From assembly GCF_030028105.1 (NCBI RefSeq), contig NC_092383.1:28659796-28723795 (forward strand): 64,000 nucleotides of DNA. Direction: 5' to 3'. The notes beneath the pieces are model-generated. The model did not search any database and was not told the origin of the DNA. It worked only from the letters and a program-made list of their open reading frames with translations. Shown piece by piece: positions 36,230 through 49,501 of this stretch. The translations under genes were made by a program, and so were the position numbers. Source of the DNA: Mobula birostris (Eukaryota). The number at the start of each line of letters is the position of its first letter. The stretch's first letter is position 1.

Positions 36230-37614
36230 TACTTTGACCAATGATTACACACCTTATCTGCAGAAATATGTGGATTGCCAGTCCACATTTCCCGTGACAG
36301 AGATTTAAGTTGATTAATAAAGCATATAGGTAGCTTTAAGGTCTGTACTTGAAATGAGTTCAAATGATTAAGTAGGCTGGTTAGTGAATTAAACCATTGC
36401 AATAGAATTTAAATTAGTTGCAGTTGTGCATTGGCTGATCTCAGCAGCATAGGTTAAGTTTCTACAGCTCAGGAGTTCACCAGTAATGTTAGTGTCTCAC
36501 ATTTAATCTTGCTTATGTGTGCCTCCTGAAGAGTTTTGTTTCAGAGGGTGAAGAGGCAAGTTGGGCACAAAATCCTTTCAGAAGATAGTCCCATTTGAGT
36601 TCTCAGTTTTGATAGAATATTCTCCATCATTTGGCTTTTGTTTTAATTGCTCATAGGAACTAGGCATCATTGCCAGTTCTGGCATTTATTGACTGTGTCT
36701 AATTGATCTTTGAACTGACTTGGCTACTTAATCACATTCTAAATCACAACCAGGCCAGACTAGATAAGTAAGGTAGGTTTCCTTCTCTGAATGGTATTAA
36801 TGAGACAGATATTTCATGGTTACCATTGCTACTATTAAATTATATAAAGTTTTAACAAATACATTTATTTTTCATCAATGTGGCTGCTCTAGTGGAATTC
36901 AACCTTCACTTTGGGCTAATGGTCTCATTGCTAGTCCAGTAACTTAACTCCACATCCAGTACATTTTTTTTAATTGGGTGCTGCAATTCAAGTTACAAAG
37001 TCATAGAATCACAGTCATTGAGCATGGAAACATTGACCTAAAGAATCAGGCTGACCATCAAATTCCCATTAGCAATATAATGCTATATTAACCCCATTTC
37101 ATTCTTCCCATCAGCTCCCTCTGAAAATTATCATTCACCTACACATAAGGAGTGGGAAATTAACAAACTAACTGACATGCCTGTCAGATACTGGAGTATC
37201 TTGGGAATACCAACACATCCCCAGGGAAAGCTCATGGACAGCACTGATGATCAGGATTGAAACCACATCACTGGAGCAGTGAAGCAGCAGCTCTACTGGC
37301 TGCACCACTCTGCCACCTAATCATATTCTTCTTGACTTTTTGAGAGGATTACAATGGGTGGTACTGAATGATTTGCAGTGGCCAGCGTTTTATTGTGCAA
37401 ATGAAAAAAATATATAATTCATGTTCTCCAACATAATTAATAGAAATATTATTGGTAATGTAATATTTACTTTAATAGCATACTAGATCAAAGTTTTATC
37501 TCACAGTTCATGGATATATTGTCAATAATATTGATACAGCCATAATTTTCAATGTGCAGACTATCATAGCCAATGGAACCACTCCTTCATCATCATGTAC
37601 GTGACAAATTCCAG

Positions 37615-38020
37615 ATGTCAAGTCAAGTCAAATTTACTGTCATTTGACTATACACATGTGTATCTTCATACCAGACGTTTCTCCAAACCAGGGTGTAAAC
37701 CATGGGAGTATACATAACACATAATAACTTATGAAAGTAAGGATGAAATCTACAGATGGATTACACATAAATAAAGTAATGTGCATACATTAAATATTGT
37801 AAGGTACAGAACAGATTAACCAGTGACATGTTGAATGTGAGAGTTCAGAAGCCTCATGGCTTGAAGCAAGAAACTTCTTCCTATCCTAGCCATTCTTGTT
37901 TTTATACATTGGAGTCTCTTGCCTGATGATAGAAAGTCAAAGAGGATGCTGGATGGATGGGCGGGATTCTTGATAATGCAAAAAGCCCTGCGTACGTAGC
38001 GCTCCTGATAAATGTCCTTT
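37615..38020 (-). mobile_element. Rex1/Babar LINE 3' fragment
   Basis: ORF 37816-38058(-) RAFCIIKNPAHPSSILFDFLSSGKRL...SF..QAMRLLN; (GTCAA)n tail. Confidence 0.75.
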
Positions 38021-40813
38021 GTAGGGACTTCTGGTCTGATGTTTTGAGCTAAGAACAAAGTAAAGCAATCTGTGATCTTTTAATTGCATTGCTGTGGCAC
38101 TTAGCAGCCATTTATTGCATGCTCAAGTCACTAGAATGGGTCACAGTTGCTGTTAACACGCACCTCAGTGAAAGAGCAATGAATGACATTTTAATGTTAA
38201 AAACTGTCATGGGGAATTTTAAGCAGATGTTTTAAAAAGTAACCTATGAATATAAAGACTGAAGGATGGCAGATCTGTAAACAGTGCTTCTTTTGACTCA
38301 CTATTGATTTAGCCGATAACATACAGCATAACCAGTTTGAAAATGTAGAAGTCAATTTGTGAGGCATTTTAAAATCCTGTCTAGCAGGGTCAGTGAGAAA
38401 TGTTTGGTAAATTTTTCTTGCAACCTTTAAATTATTGGATTCAAAGAGACCAAAAGCAAGTATTCACATCCCAATGTCAAGTGGAAACTCCAGCTACTTT
38501 TTAGAATAAGATGGTTATTTCCATTCACTGATTCAAGGTTGCAAAAGTACTTCACATTTCATGGTATCTTGTCTAAAGCCATGACTGAATTGTAGTTCAT
38601 TGACCATGAATATCTTCTTAGCCTTCACATTCCATTAAATCAAACTACTTGACCAAGGATTTTGTCCTCTGCCCTAACCTTTCTTAAGTGCTTTAGGTCA
38701 TTCATGAACTGGTAACAATCCTGTGATGCACCTTGGCATGCTTTGCTATTTAAAAATCATTCTACAAATCGACATCAATATTTTGACATAATTTCAACTC
38801 GTTCCCACTGACTGCTGCTGCACACCATACAAGTATTGATAACTGAGTAAACTTCAACACTTAAGTGGCTATTTGTATCATTATTGCATTCAAGTGATTG
38901 AGGAGCAGAATTCCTGATGCTCAAGTTTTTTTATAAAAAAGGCAGAAAATCGACAAAGTTAATAAGCAGCAAATATCAGTTTGCATACCTGAAATTAAGA
39001 AATTGCTCAAGCATTGTCAGTTAAGTGATGGCTAAATGGTGCACTGAAAGATCATTTAGGTTGTGGAATCTTACAAGAAAACATTCAAAAATGGCTCCTA
39101 CCTAAAGCACAAGTCATATTTAAAAGAACTGTTGAAATCATTGTATCAATGGGTTCATAAACAATGAGTACCAAGTGATAATAATAGTAAGTACAAAAAA
39201 AGCAGAAATGGCTGGCTACATTGGAAAGATAGATGCGAACAATTACACAACAGATAACTGAATGATGTATGCTGAATGTATTGCGCAGTATTTCAAAGCA
39301 ACTGAAAGAGCCTATGAAAATGAATGCCAGTGTTGATGAGTACAGTGAGCGGAAAAGCGTACAGTTTGTCTAAAAGTTTAATTGTTCCAACCAAGCCAGC
39401 TGAAATGAGCTTTGCTGTTATCATGAACCTAATGCTAGAACATTTAGAACTGGAACCATTGCTGATTGCATAACGGTTTAAGTTTCATAAGTTGAATCAA
39501 AAGGACAGGGAGTGCATTTTAGTTTACATAGCTGAAATGAAGAAATTGTTCAAGCATTATCAATTAAGTGATGGCTAAATGATGCACTGAGAGATCATTT
39601 AGGTTGTGGAATCTTACAAGAAAACATTCAAAATGGCTCCTAACTGAAGCATAACTCACATTTAAAAGAACAGTGAAAATTGCTGTACCAATAAAAACAG
39701 TAGCAAGTAGACAGGAATGAAAGTGAGGGTGATCAAAATTGCAATGTGTGAACAGAAATGGCTATCTGGAGAAGACAACTTTCAGAATTGTATTCCACAT
39801 CCATACTTTGATAATAAAATGAACCTTTGAAACTTTTACACAACTTATGTTACCAGGACTCACTTACATCAGACCAATGCAGGTTTAAGGGTGAAACTTG
39901 CAGAAAATGCAGCAGTGTAGGACACATACAAAGACCATGTCAAGCAGAGAAAAATAAATGGACTGCACAGAGAAGTGATAAAGATAATAAGTCAAAATGC
40001 AGTTTCAAAATGAACACTATTTTGCATGCTGTTGATGAAAAATATAATAGTAACATGAATTAAAAAGGACTCAGTAGCCTTGAGATTTACAAGGTGAAAA
40101 CTAACAAGAGACAAGCAACATGGCTTACGCCAAAAGTGAATGACAAATTAATTAAAATTGAATTGGACACTGGCTCAGCTGTTTCAGTCGTTTCACTGAT
40201 ACTGAACTGAAGCCAGCAGATATCTAATTAAGATCATATTCCAGAGAAAAGATAACTCCTATGGGAATGATATTTGTAACAGTGAAATACAACAATCAAC
40301 AAGCCACATTGGGCTTGTAGGTGGTTTAAAAACAGGATGGCCAACGTTGTGGGGGTGGGATTGGCTGAGTCAACTACAGCTTAATTGGAGATGAATCCAT
40401 CATTTGCATGCCATATCCCCTGCAATAGAGTCACCTGAAAATGAACTAAGAAAGGTACTGGATTAATGCCATTGAAAAACTCAAAAATATCAAGGGTAAA
40501 ATAGTGTTAAATGAAAATGCCACACCCAAGTTTTGCAAAGCACTTCTGGTTTGCAGAGAGCTAGGTCACGTGGAGGCTGAAGGAATTCTTTCAAAATTTG
40601 AATGGGCAAAGCCAATAGTCCCAGTAACCAAGATGGATGGGTGTGTCACGACATGTGGTGATTTTAAGGTCACCATCAATCCAATACTGAATGTAGATCA
40701 ATACCCTTTTCCCAGGATGGAGGATATCTTTGCAAATCGTTCATGAGGGAAACAGTTCAGCAAAGGGGCCTTAGCTGATGTCTACATGCAGATGGAGATG
40801 GAAGAAGAGTCCG

Positions 40814-41605
40814 AAGTGTGAGGTGGTTCATTTTGGTAGGTCAAATATGATGACAGAATATAGTATTAATGGTAAGACTCTTGGCAGTGTGGAGGATCAG
40901 AGGGATCTTGGGGTCCAGGTCCATAGGACACTCAAAACTGCTGCGCAGATTGACTACGTGGTTAAGAAGGGATATGGTGCATTGGCCTTCATCAGTTGTG
41001 GAATTGAGTTTCGGAGCCAAGAGGTAATGTTGCTGCTATATAGGACTCTGATTAGACCCCACTTGGAGTACTGTGCTCAGTTCTGGTTACCTCACCATAG
41101 GAAGGATGTGGAAACCGTAGAAAGGGTGCAGAGGAGATTTACAAGGATGTTGCCTGGATTGGGGAGCATGCCTTATGAGAATAGGTTGAGTGAACTAGGT
41201 CTTTTTTTTCTTGGAGTGACGGAGGATGAGAGGTGAACTGATAGAGGTGTATAAGATGATGAGAGGCATTGATTATGTGGATAGTCAGAGGCTTTTTCCC
41301 AGGGCTGAAATGGCTAGCACGAGAAGGCACAGTTTAAGGTGCTTGGAAGAAGGTACTGAGGAGATGTCGGGGGTAAGTTTTTACGTAGAGAGTGGTGAGT
41401 GCATGGAATGGGCTGCCAGTGGTGATGGTAGTGGAGGCGAATACGATAGGGGCTTTTAAGAGACTCATGAACAGGTATATGGAGCTCAGAAAAATAGAGG
41501 GTTATGGGTAACCCTCAGTATTTTCTCAGGTAAGAACATGTTTGGCATAGCTTTGTGGGCTGAAGGGCCTGTATTGTGCTGTAGGTTTTCTATATTTTTA
41601 TGTTT
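40814..41605 (+). mobile_element. CR1 3' fragment inserted in Gypsy RT
   Basis: KCEVVHFG..RDLGV..RPHLEYCAQFW; TTTCTAT-type tail; Gypsy RT resumes afterwards. Confidence 0.88.
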
Positions 41606-42386
41606 ATCACCATAAATGCTCATAAAGGGTTTTATTGCTATAATAGGCTTATTTTTGGACTAGCATCTGCAGCTGCAATCTGGCAGAAAGCTATGAACTA
41701 GATGCTGCAAGGCTGCCCAGACATTCAGTGTTGTCTGGATGACATTATTATTACCAGTGAGGATGACAAAGGACATCCCCAAATTTTCAAGACAGTGTTA
41801 AAATGTTCAGAAGATCATGGGCTCAGAGCACAAGATAAGTATGAATTCATTAAACCAAGCATCACTTACTGTGGTCACACCATTGACCCGCAGGTATTCC
41901 ACAAACACGCTGAGAAAATTCACGCAGTCATGGATGCCACAAGGACAAAGACCATGTCACAGTTGTGGTCCTTTGTAGGATTTGTCCATTACTATAATAG
42001 GTTCCTGCTAAGCCTGGCTATGGTGCTAGATCCCTTGAAATCATCACTATAAATTGGGAAGAAATGGCAATGGACAAAGCAGTGAGAGATAGCTAAATGA
42101 TTAAGGAAATGGTGTCGACAGACACTGTACTCATACATAATGATCCATAGTTTCCAGTGATGCTTACCTGCATTGCGTCTCCTTATGGTATAGGTGCAGC
42201 CATGTCACGTTATGAGTAATAGAAATGAAGACCTCATAGTCCTTGCATCACATTCCCTTACTGGTGCAGAGAAAAATTATGCACAGGGTGATAGGACATC
42301 TAATCATGGTGATGAATTGTCCCATTTACCCTTGGGAGAGGAAATATGTGAAAATAATTACAAAAAAGAACACTCCTCTTAATGTG

Positions 42387-42682
42387 TTGAAGATAAAGAG
42401 GAAACCTTTTAGGACCGAGATGAGGAAAAACTTCTTCACACAGAGAGTGGTGAATCTGTGGAATTCTCTGCCACAGGAAACAGTTAAGGCCAGTTCATTG
42501 GCTGTATTTAAGAGGGAGTTAGATATGGCCCTTGTGGCTAAAGGGATCAGGGGTATGGAGAGAAGGCAGGTACAGGGTTCTGAGTTGGATGATCAGCCAT
42601 GATCATACTGAATGGCGGTGCAGGCTCGAAGGGCCGAATGGCCTACTCCTGCACCTATTTTCTATGTTTCTATGTTTTATGT
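42387..42682 (+). mobile_element. Short CR1 3' fragment, closely similar to the 5.5 and 49 kb copies
   Basis: FRTEMRKNFFTQRVVNLWNSLPQE, 3' UTR and (TTCTATGT)n tail. Confidence 0.9.
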
Positions 42683-42822
42683 ATTATTCCTAATATAAAT
42701 CGAAAGTCTCACTATTATTGCAGAGATATTCCAAATAGAAACCAGAGTAGACCCCACACTGTCTCGTCTACATGGCAACTGAAAATGGCTGGAATGTGCA
42801 GAATAAATTCCAGATCCCCCAT

Positions 42823-43676
42823 TTCAAAGGTTCAAAGGTTAATTTAATATCAGTGAATGTATATAGCATACAACCTGTAATTTGTACTGTTCACAGATAT
42901 TCATGAAACTAGAAACCCTATAGAATGAATGATAGAAAAATCAAAGCCATGTAGAGCCCTTTCCACCACTCCTTGGACAAGTAGCAGCAAAAGCATCAGT
43001 TGCCCTTCCACCTCACTCACACCAGCAGAAACACCATCTCCTCCAACCCCGACCATGCAAGCAACAGCAAGGAGCCCCCCAAAGAGACTTTAATCCAGAG
43101 TCCATCAAAATTACAGCCCACAGCCCAGCATTTCAGTATCTTAGCCAGGCTCTTCTCTCCAATGAAGGAGAGAGAGAGGTCGCTCCTGTAACAACGAGAG
43201 TGGAGACCAGCAACTTGCTGTTCCGATGTTACAATCTTCTACATCACTTCTCCAAGCCCCTGTCTTAGGGACCTACAGGCTATCACTCTCCATCAAAAGG
43301 GAGCACAAGGGAAAGGGATCGCTCAAGTACTGGGGCCTTCTGAGAGCAGCTAGCGATTAGCAAACACGTCGCCTGCTGTCTCAGTGTTTCAATGTCTTGC
43401 GAAACTTCAGTTGACAATACTGGTGAGGAACAGTGTCATCCACAAGGGCATATTTCCTCCAGGCTATTCCTGGTGATAGCGAAGCCCTATGCCGCACAGC
43501 CAGTATGAAAGCCTATCACTTGCAAAGCACTGTGGATCACGGATTCTCATAAAACCCCAACCACCTTGGAAAGAAAAGGAAGACATGAAAGAAGAAGCTG
43601 TTTCATGGACAAACTGGCAGAAGTTGCCTGGGTCTACGAAAACAGCTCACGCCATATTTTCACACTCCACCCTTTG
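42823..43676 (-). mobile_element. Non-coding Rex-tailed retroelement inserted in Gypsy pol
   Basis: (TCAAAGGT)n tail and Rex-like 3' UTR at left; AATATGGCG 5'-like motif on the minus strand near 43655; Gypsy sequence resumes on the right. Confidence 0.5.
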
Positions 43677-44946
43677 TAATTTTTACCAGTGCCTGGATGA
43701 GTTTGCCCTTGGGCGGACTGGGGGGGTGGGGCGGGTTGCTTTTAATGGGGATTGAGAGTTGTTGTACCATCCAAGCTGAGAGCTGAAGTGCTGGAGGAAC
43801 TACATGGTGGTCAGCTAGGCCAGGTCAGAATGAGAGCATTGGCTTGAAGCTTTGTCTGGTGGCCTGAGGTAGAGCAACAGATCAAGTAGCTTGCCATGCA
43901 CTGTTCAGGAAGGCCAACACATCCAGAAGATGCCAAGAACAATGCCCCTCCATTCTTGGAAATACTCTGCATTGCCCTGGCAGAGGATACATGTGGAGCT
44001 TGCCAGACCATTCATGGGCACAACTTTCTTGGTAGTAGGGGATGCATCTACAAAGTTGCCAGAAGTACTCTCAATAGTCCCCACTGCAGCATCACACACT
44101 GTTGATGTGTTGAGAAGCTTCTTCTCGAGGATTGGTTTGCAGAACACTTAGTCAATGACAATGGACCACAGTTTGTGGCAGAACAGTTTCAGCCATTCCT
44201 GAAAATGAATGGTGTAAGATGTATTACATCAGCACCGTACCACCCAGCGACAAGTGGCTTGGCAGGAAGTATTGTTCAGGCTAACTGCGAACATTGTCAG
44301 CAGAACACTCTGCACTAACATTGCATCAGAAGCTCATTAATTTCCTCCTTGCATATCACAATGCAGCAGACTTCACAAACAACTACTCACCAGCCATGCT
44401 GTTCCTGGGTCTCTTGGATCTCCTGCAACCCAATCTCAAAAGGAGTATGAAGGACAAACAGCTGAGTCAAATTGAGGGCTTCTCAATAAAGGAGGTTCAA
44501 TGTTTCACTCCTGGACAAGCAGTCCTGGTGAGGCACAGCAGAGATGATCAGAAATGAATACTTGGAAAGATAAAGGATAAAACTGGACCACTCTCTAACA
44601 CAATGGATATTACACCTGATGTCTTCTGGAGATATCTCATCGATCAGTTGAGGAGAGCAGAGTCAATTGTCAGGGAAGAAAGGTGTGCAGAGCTGTCAGA
44701 ACCACTTTCTGCAGGCCCTGAGTGAAGTCCCACAACCATAACAAAGGAGGTCCCAGGACCTAATATTATTTCAAAGCCATAAGTCTCACCCGCCAAGCAG
44801 AGTGACACCCCTACCCTTGTGAGGAACTCTGTTATCCCACAAGATAAGAAATCCTCCACAGTGATTAAATCTTCAGGCCTGAATGGGACAAATTAAAATT
44901 TACTATGCTTTGTGTATCTATATATAGTATAAGTATTATATCATAT

Positions 44947-45188
44947 GACCCGGCTGGTGACGTAGTGGCGTCAGACGAAAGGTTCCGAGTTCAAATCCAG
45001 CTGGCTTCCCTGCACGCTTTCCATCTGTGCTGGGTTGTGAACTGGTGATCTCTTTGGAAACTCACCCAGAAGAAGGCAATGGTGAACCACCGCTGTAACT
45101 TGCCTCATACGCGGTTCCCCACTACGTCAGAGAGGCGTGGAGGGAAATCGTCCACTAACCGGAGAAACACCGGTGGCAACATACCTAC
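44947..45188 (+). mobile_element. tRNA-headed SINE with RTE-like body
   Basis: A-box-like TGGTGACGTAGTGG, B-box GAGTTCAAATCC, AGAAGAAGGCAATGGTGAACCAC RTE-type motif; perfect 12-bp TSD ATTATATCATAT (44935-44946 / 45189-45200). Confidence 0.8.
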
Positions 45189-45443
45189 ATTATATCATAT
45201 ACTGTATAGATAGAGTCTATCGTAAAGCAGTGAGGAGCGTAGTGTATTCAAGATTTATGTAATATATGAGTAATATTGTAAATACATTGTTTGAATTGTT
45301 TGATTATTATTTGTTAGTTTACATAATTCATTATGGATTATAGTTATAAAGAACATGAATGGCATATGGCATTATGCCAACATGTCATATTTGAGGGCTT
45401 CACTAAAGAAAAGCTAAGTAGACAGAACCCCCAGCTCCTGTGT

Positions 45444-45560
45444 CCACTATCTCTTCTTTCAGATAGTCCTGACAAAGGGTCTCGGCCCAAAATGTTGACT
45501 GTACCTCTTCCTATAGATGCTGCCTGGTCTGTTGCGTTCACCAGCAATTTTTATGTGTAT
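45444..45560 (+). mobile_element. 117-bp PLE 3' fragment with mutated hammerhead, inside the Gypsy 3' LTR
   Basis: Homologous to ~7805-7918; perfect 15-bp TSD CCCCAGCTCCTGTGT (45429-45443 / 45561-45575). Confidence 0.88.
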
Positions 45561-45654
45561 CCCCAGCTCCTGTGTTTTTCTTTCATTTAGTGTCTGGAGT
45601 TACAAGATATAGCTTGTACTGCAGATGTCTCAGGTCCAATTTCCATGATAAAAT

Positions 45655-45970
45655 CATAGAGCTTTCCAACTTGGAAAGAGGCCATTCCATACTAATCATT
45701 GACTACCCACTTATATGATACCTGCACTAACTCAGTGTTATTCTCTGCACAGTCACATCTACTCTTCCTAGATTCTACTACTCAACCACGCACTTGGGGT
45801 AATTTACAGAGACCCATTAGCCTGCCAGTTTTGGGATGTGGGATAAAACCAGAGTACCCCAAGGAAACTCACACAATTGCAATCTTCACCCAGGCAGTGC
45901 GCAAGTCAGGACTGAATGTTGGTTCCTGGAACTATGAGGAAACATCCCCATAAGTTCTGCCTTTGTGCCA
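45655..45970 (-). mobile_element. Degenerate V-SINE-like copy (similar copies ~9.6, 37.0-37.3 and 46.7-46.95 kb)
   Basis: GGGGTAATTTACAG..CCCATTAGCCT..TTTGGGATGTGGGA.AAAACCAGAGTACCC reverse V-domain motif. Confidence 0.55.
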
Positions 45971-47287
45971 TCCCATTTGCTTGTGAGGCATCATCATGAC
46001 CTGGAGTTATAGTGTTGCTCACCAGAAGCAGACCTGGAACACTCCAGGTTTTCTAGACTTGTTATTGAAGCCAAAAATAAATGGGCGTTGTTACTCTTAC
46101 AACAAGAGATTGACTTCAAATATGTTCAGTGCCATCGAACATAAAATGTTTCAACGTTTTTTTCAGACTGAGTAACAGAAGTAGAAGAGGAATCAGAAAA
46201 AAGAAATAACATTGCAAACATTACCAATCACAGAAAATTGCCAGGAAAATAGAATTCAACTGTTTTGAAAGGAGGATAACAATTCCTGAAGCATAAAGTT
46301 GGAGTTTGTGGAAGTTCCATGTTTCTATCTTACAGCTGACATAGAAGTAGTGCAATAACTATAATTATGTACTCAATTAATTAATCCACACAATTGGTTA
46401 AGGAGTACTGCAATGTATCACATTGATGGCTCCTTTGTGTTTGTGAATCAGGCACTGACTGATTATGTGTTTCTGTTCTGCTGGACCGTGGTCACATATT
46501 GGAGAGGTTTTTCTTCTCCATTTGAGCATCAAGTATCCTCCCACGTCTTCTAAGGGCTTGTGTGATTTGGAAAAGAATTGCTACTGAGCTTCACTGAAGA
46601 ATATAATTGGATATGTTCCTTTTCCGCTAGGTGTTTTCGTAAAGCCTTTTCAGCTTCACTTCAAGTGCATGCCAACAGTCAACCACCTAATTACACTAGA
46701 GCTTCACCATCCACATATTATTCTTACATTATTTCCATCAGCTCTTCCCAAGTTCTACCAGTCACCTGCACACTGGAGGCAACTTACATTGACCAATTAA
46801 TCTGTCTCTGACATGTGGGAAGAAACTGAAGCACACATAGGAAACCCATACAGTCACAGAGAGAAAATGCAAACTTTACATAGACAGCAATGGAGGTCAG
46901 GATTGAACATGAGTCACCAAAGATGTGGGACAACAGATCTGCGAATTGCAACTTTGTGCAGACTCTTTTGTTTGTGAGGCCCATTCACAAATGTCCTAGG
47001 GTGTTGCTCACCATAGGCAGACCTGATTCATTTCTATGGTTTATTGATGTCTTGTAGCAGACCTTGCATCACCGAGATTTCCCACCGGTCTGTTGCTGCG
47101 CACCAGTGTATGGGCTGTCTCAGCACAGATGTCCAACTGCGCTCACATAATGGCTTTGAAATCCAATGAGGTCCTAAACCATGGGCTCAAAAACTGTTCA
47201 AGTTCTCAGTGTGATAGCGTTATCAATTGGGATCAACGTACTGCTTCATCCAACGTGGCTCAAGGATGCCGTCTATCAAAAGCCCAG

Positions 47288-49501
47288 TTTGAAGGTATGA
47301 GACGTGAATTAGCTAAGATAGACTGGCAAATGACATTTAAAGGGTTGACAGTGGAAATGCAATGGCAAGCATTTAAGGATCGCATGGATGAACTACAACA
47401 ATTGTTCATCCAAGTTTGGCAAAAGAATAAATCAAGGAAGGTGGTGCACCTGTGGCTGACAAGGGAAATTAGGGATAGTATCAATTCCAAAGAAGAAGCA
47501 CACAAATTAGCCAGAAAAAGTGGCTCACCTGAGGACTAGGAGAAATTCAGAGTCCAGCGGAGGAGGACAAAGGGCTTAAGTAGGAAGGAGAAAAAAGATT
47601 ATGAGAGAAAACTGGCAGGGAACATAAAAACTGACTGTAAAAGCTTTTATAGATATGTGAAAAGAAAAAGATTGTTTAAGACAAATGTAGGTCCCCTACA
47701 GACAAAAACAGGTGAATTGATTATGGGGAGCAAGGACATGGCAGACCAATTGAATAACTACTTTGGTTCTGTCTTCACTAAGGAGGACATAAATAATCTT
47801 CCGGAAATAGTAGGGGACAGAGGGTCCAGTGAGATGGAGGAACTGAGCGAAATACATGTTAGTAGGGAAGTGGTGTTAGATAAATTGAAGGGATTAAAGG
47901 CAGATAAATCCCCAGGGCCAGATGGTCTGCATCCCAGAGTGCTTAAGGAAGTAAATAGCCCAAGAAATAGTGGATGCATTAGTGATAATTTTTCAAAACA
48001 CTTTAGATTCTGGACTAGTTCCTGAGGATTGGAGGGTGGCTAATGTAATCCCACTTTTTAAAAAAGGAGAGAGAAAGAAACCGGGGAATTATAGACCGGT
48101 TAGCATAACATCAGTGGTGGGGAAAATGCTAGAGTTAGTTATCAAAGATGTGATAACAGCACATTTGGAAAGCAGTGAAATCATCGGACAAAGTCAGCAT
48201 GGATTTGTGAAAGAATATCATGCCTGACGAATCTCATGGAATTTTTTGAGGATGTAACCAGTAGAGTGGATAGGGGAGAACCAGTGGATGTGGTATATTT
48301 GGATTTTCAAAAGGCTTTTGACAAGGTCCCACACAGGAGATTAGTGTGCAAACTTAAAGCACACAGTATTGGGGGTAAGGTATTGATGTGGATAGAGAAT
48401 TGGTTGGCAGACAGGAAACAAAGAGTGGGAATAAACGGGACCTTTTCAGAACGGCAGGCAGTGACTAGTGGGATACCGCAAGGCTCAGTGCTGGGACCCC
48501 AGTTGTTTACAATATATATTAATGACGTAGACGAGGGAATTAAATGCAGCATCTCCAAGTTTGCGGATGACACAAAGCTGGGCGGCAGTGTTAGCTGTGA
48601 GGAGGATGCTAAGAGGATGCAGGATGACTTGGATAGGTTAGGTGAGTGGGCAAATTCATGGCAGATGCAATTTAATGTAGATAAATGTGAGGTTATCCAC
48701 TTAGGTGGCAAAAACAGGAAAACAGATTATTATCCGAATGGTGGCCGATTAGGAAAAAGGGAGGTGCAACGAGACCTGTGTGTCATTATACACCAGTCAT
48801 TTAAAGTGGGCATGCAGGTACAGCAGGCGGTGAAAAAGGCGAATGGTATGCTGGCATTCATAGCAAGAGGATTCGAGTACAGGAGCAGGGAGGTACTATT
48901 GCAGTTGTACAAGGCCTTGATGAGACCACACCTGGAGTATTGTGTGCAGTTTTGGTCCCTTAATCCGAGGAAAGACATCCTTGCCATAGAGGGAGTACAA
49001 AGAAGGTTCACCAGATTGATTCCTGGGATGGCAGGACTTTCATATGTTGAAGTACTGGATCAACTAGGCTTATACTCGTTGGAATTTAGAAGATTGAGGG
49101 GGGATCTTATTGAAACGTATAAAATCCTAAAGGGATTGGACAGGCTAGATGCAGGACGATTGTTCCCAATATTGGGGAAGTCCAGAACGAGGGGTCACAG
49201 TCTGAGGATAAAGGGAAAGCCTTCTAGGACCGAGATTAGGAAAAACTTCTTCACACAGAGAGTGGTGAATCTGTGGAATTCTCTGAAACAGGAAACAGTT
49301 GAGGCCAGTTCATTGGCTATATTTAAGAGGAAGTTAGATATGGCCCTTGTGGCTAAAAGGATCAGGGGGTATGGAGGGAAGGCCGGTACAGGGTTCTGAG
49401 TTGGATGATCAGCCATGATCATACTGAATGGCGGTGCAGGCTCGAGGGGCCGAATGGCCTACTCCTGCACCTATTTTCTATGTTTCTATGTTTCTATGTT
49501 T
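47288..49501 (+). mobile_element. 5'-truncated young CR1 LINE
   Basis: ORF2 fragments 47290-48227, RT ORF 48236-49399, 3' UTR and (TTCTATGT)n tail. Confidence 0.95.
48236..49399 (+). pseudogene. CR1 ORF2 reverse transcriptase C-terminal 387 aa
   Basis: YLDFQKAFDKV, GIPQGSVLGPQLF, FADDTKL, RPHLEYCVQFW; upstream frameshifts. Confidence 0.93.

Larger units (their letters stand above)
38905..45614 (+). mobile_element. Second decayed Mag-like Gypsy (5' LTR not found) carrying five nested insertions
   Basis: gag start ATGGCTGGCTACATTGG (39208); protease ELDTGSAVS; RT (CGDFKVTINP, CCLDDIII); integrase (WQRIHVELARPFMG, FLLAYHNA); PPT AAAGCAGTGAGGAG; 3' LTR 45238-~45614. Confidence 0.88.

Noticed and set aside
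42243-42602. 119-aa ORF
   Set aside because: Chance fusion of Gypsy remnant and inserted CR1 3' fragment.
47040-47290. Moderately GC-rich segment continuing at 49502-50100, possibly decayed coding sequence split by the CR1
   Set aside because: No recognisable domain in the frames I read; needs a tBLASTx search before any call.
48236-49399. 387-aa RT ORF as an active or domesticated gene
   Set aside because: 5'-truncated CR1 lacking the endonuclease, with upstream stops and frameshifts; openness is explained by young age.
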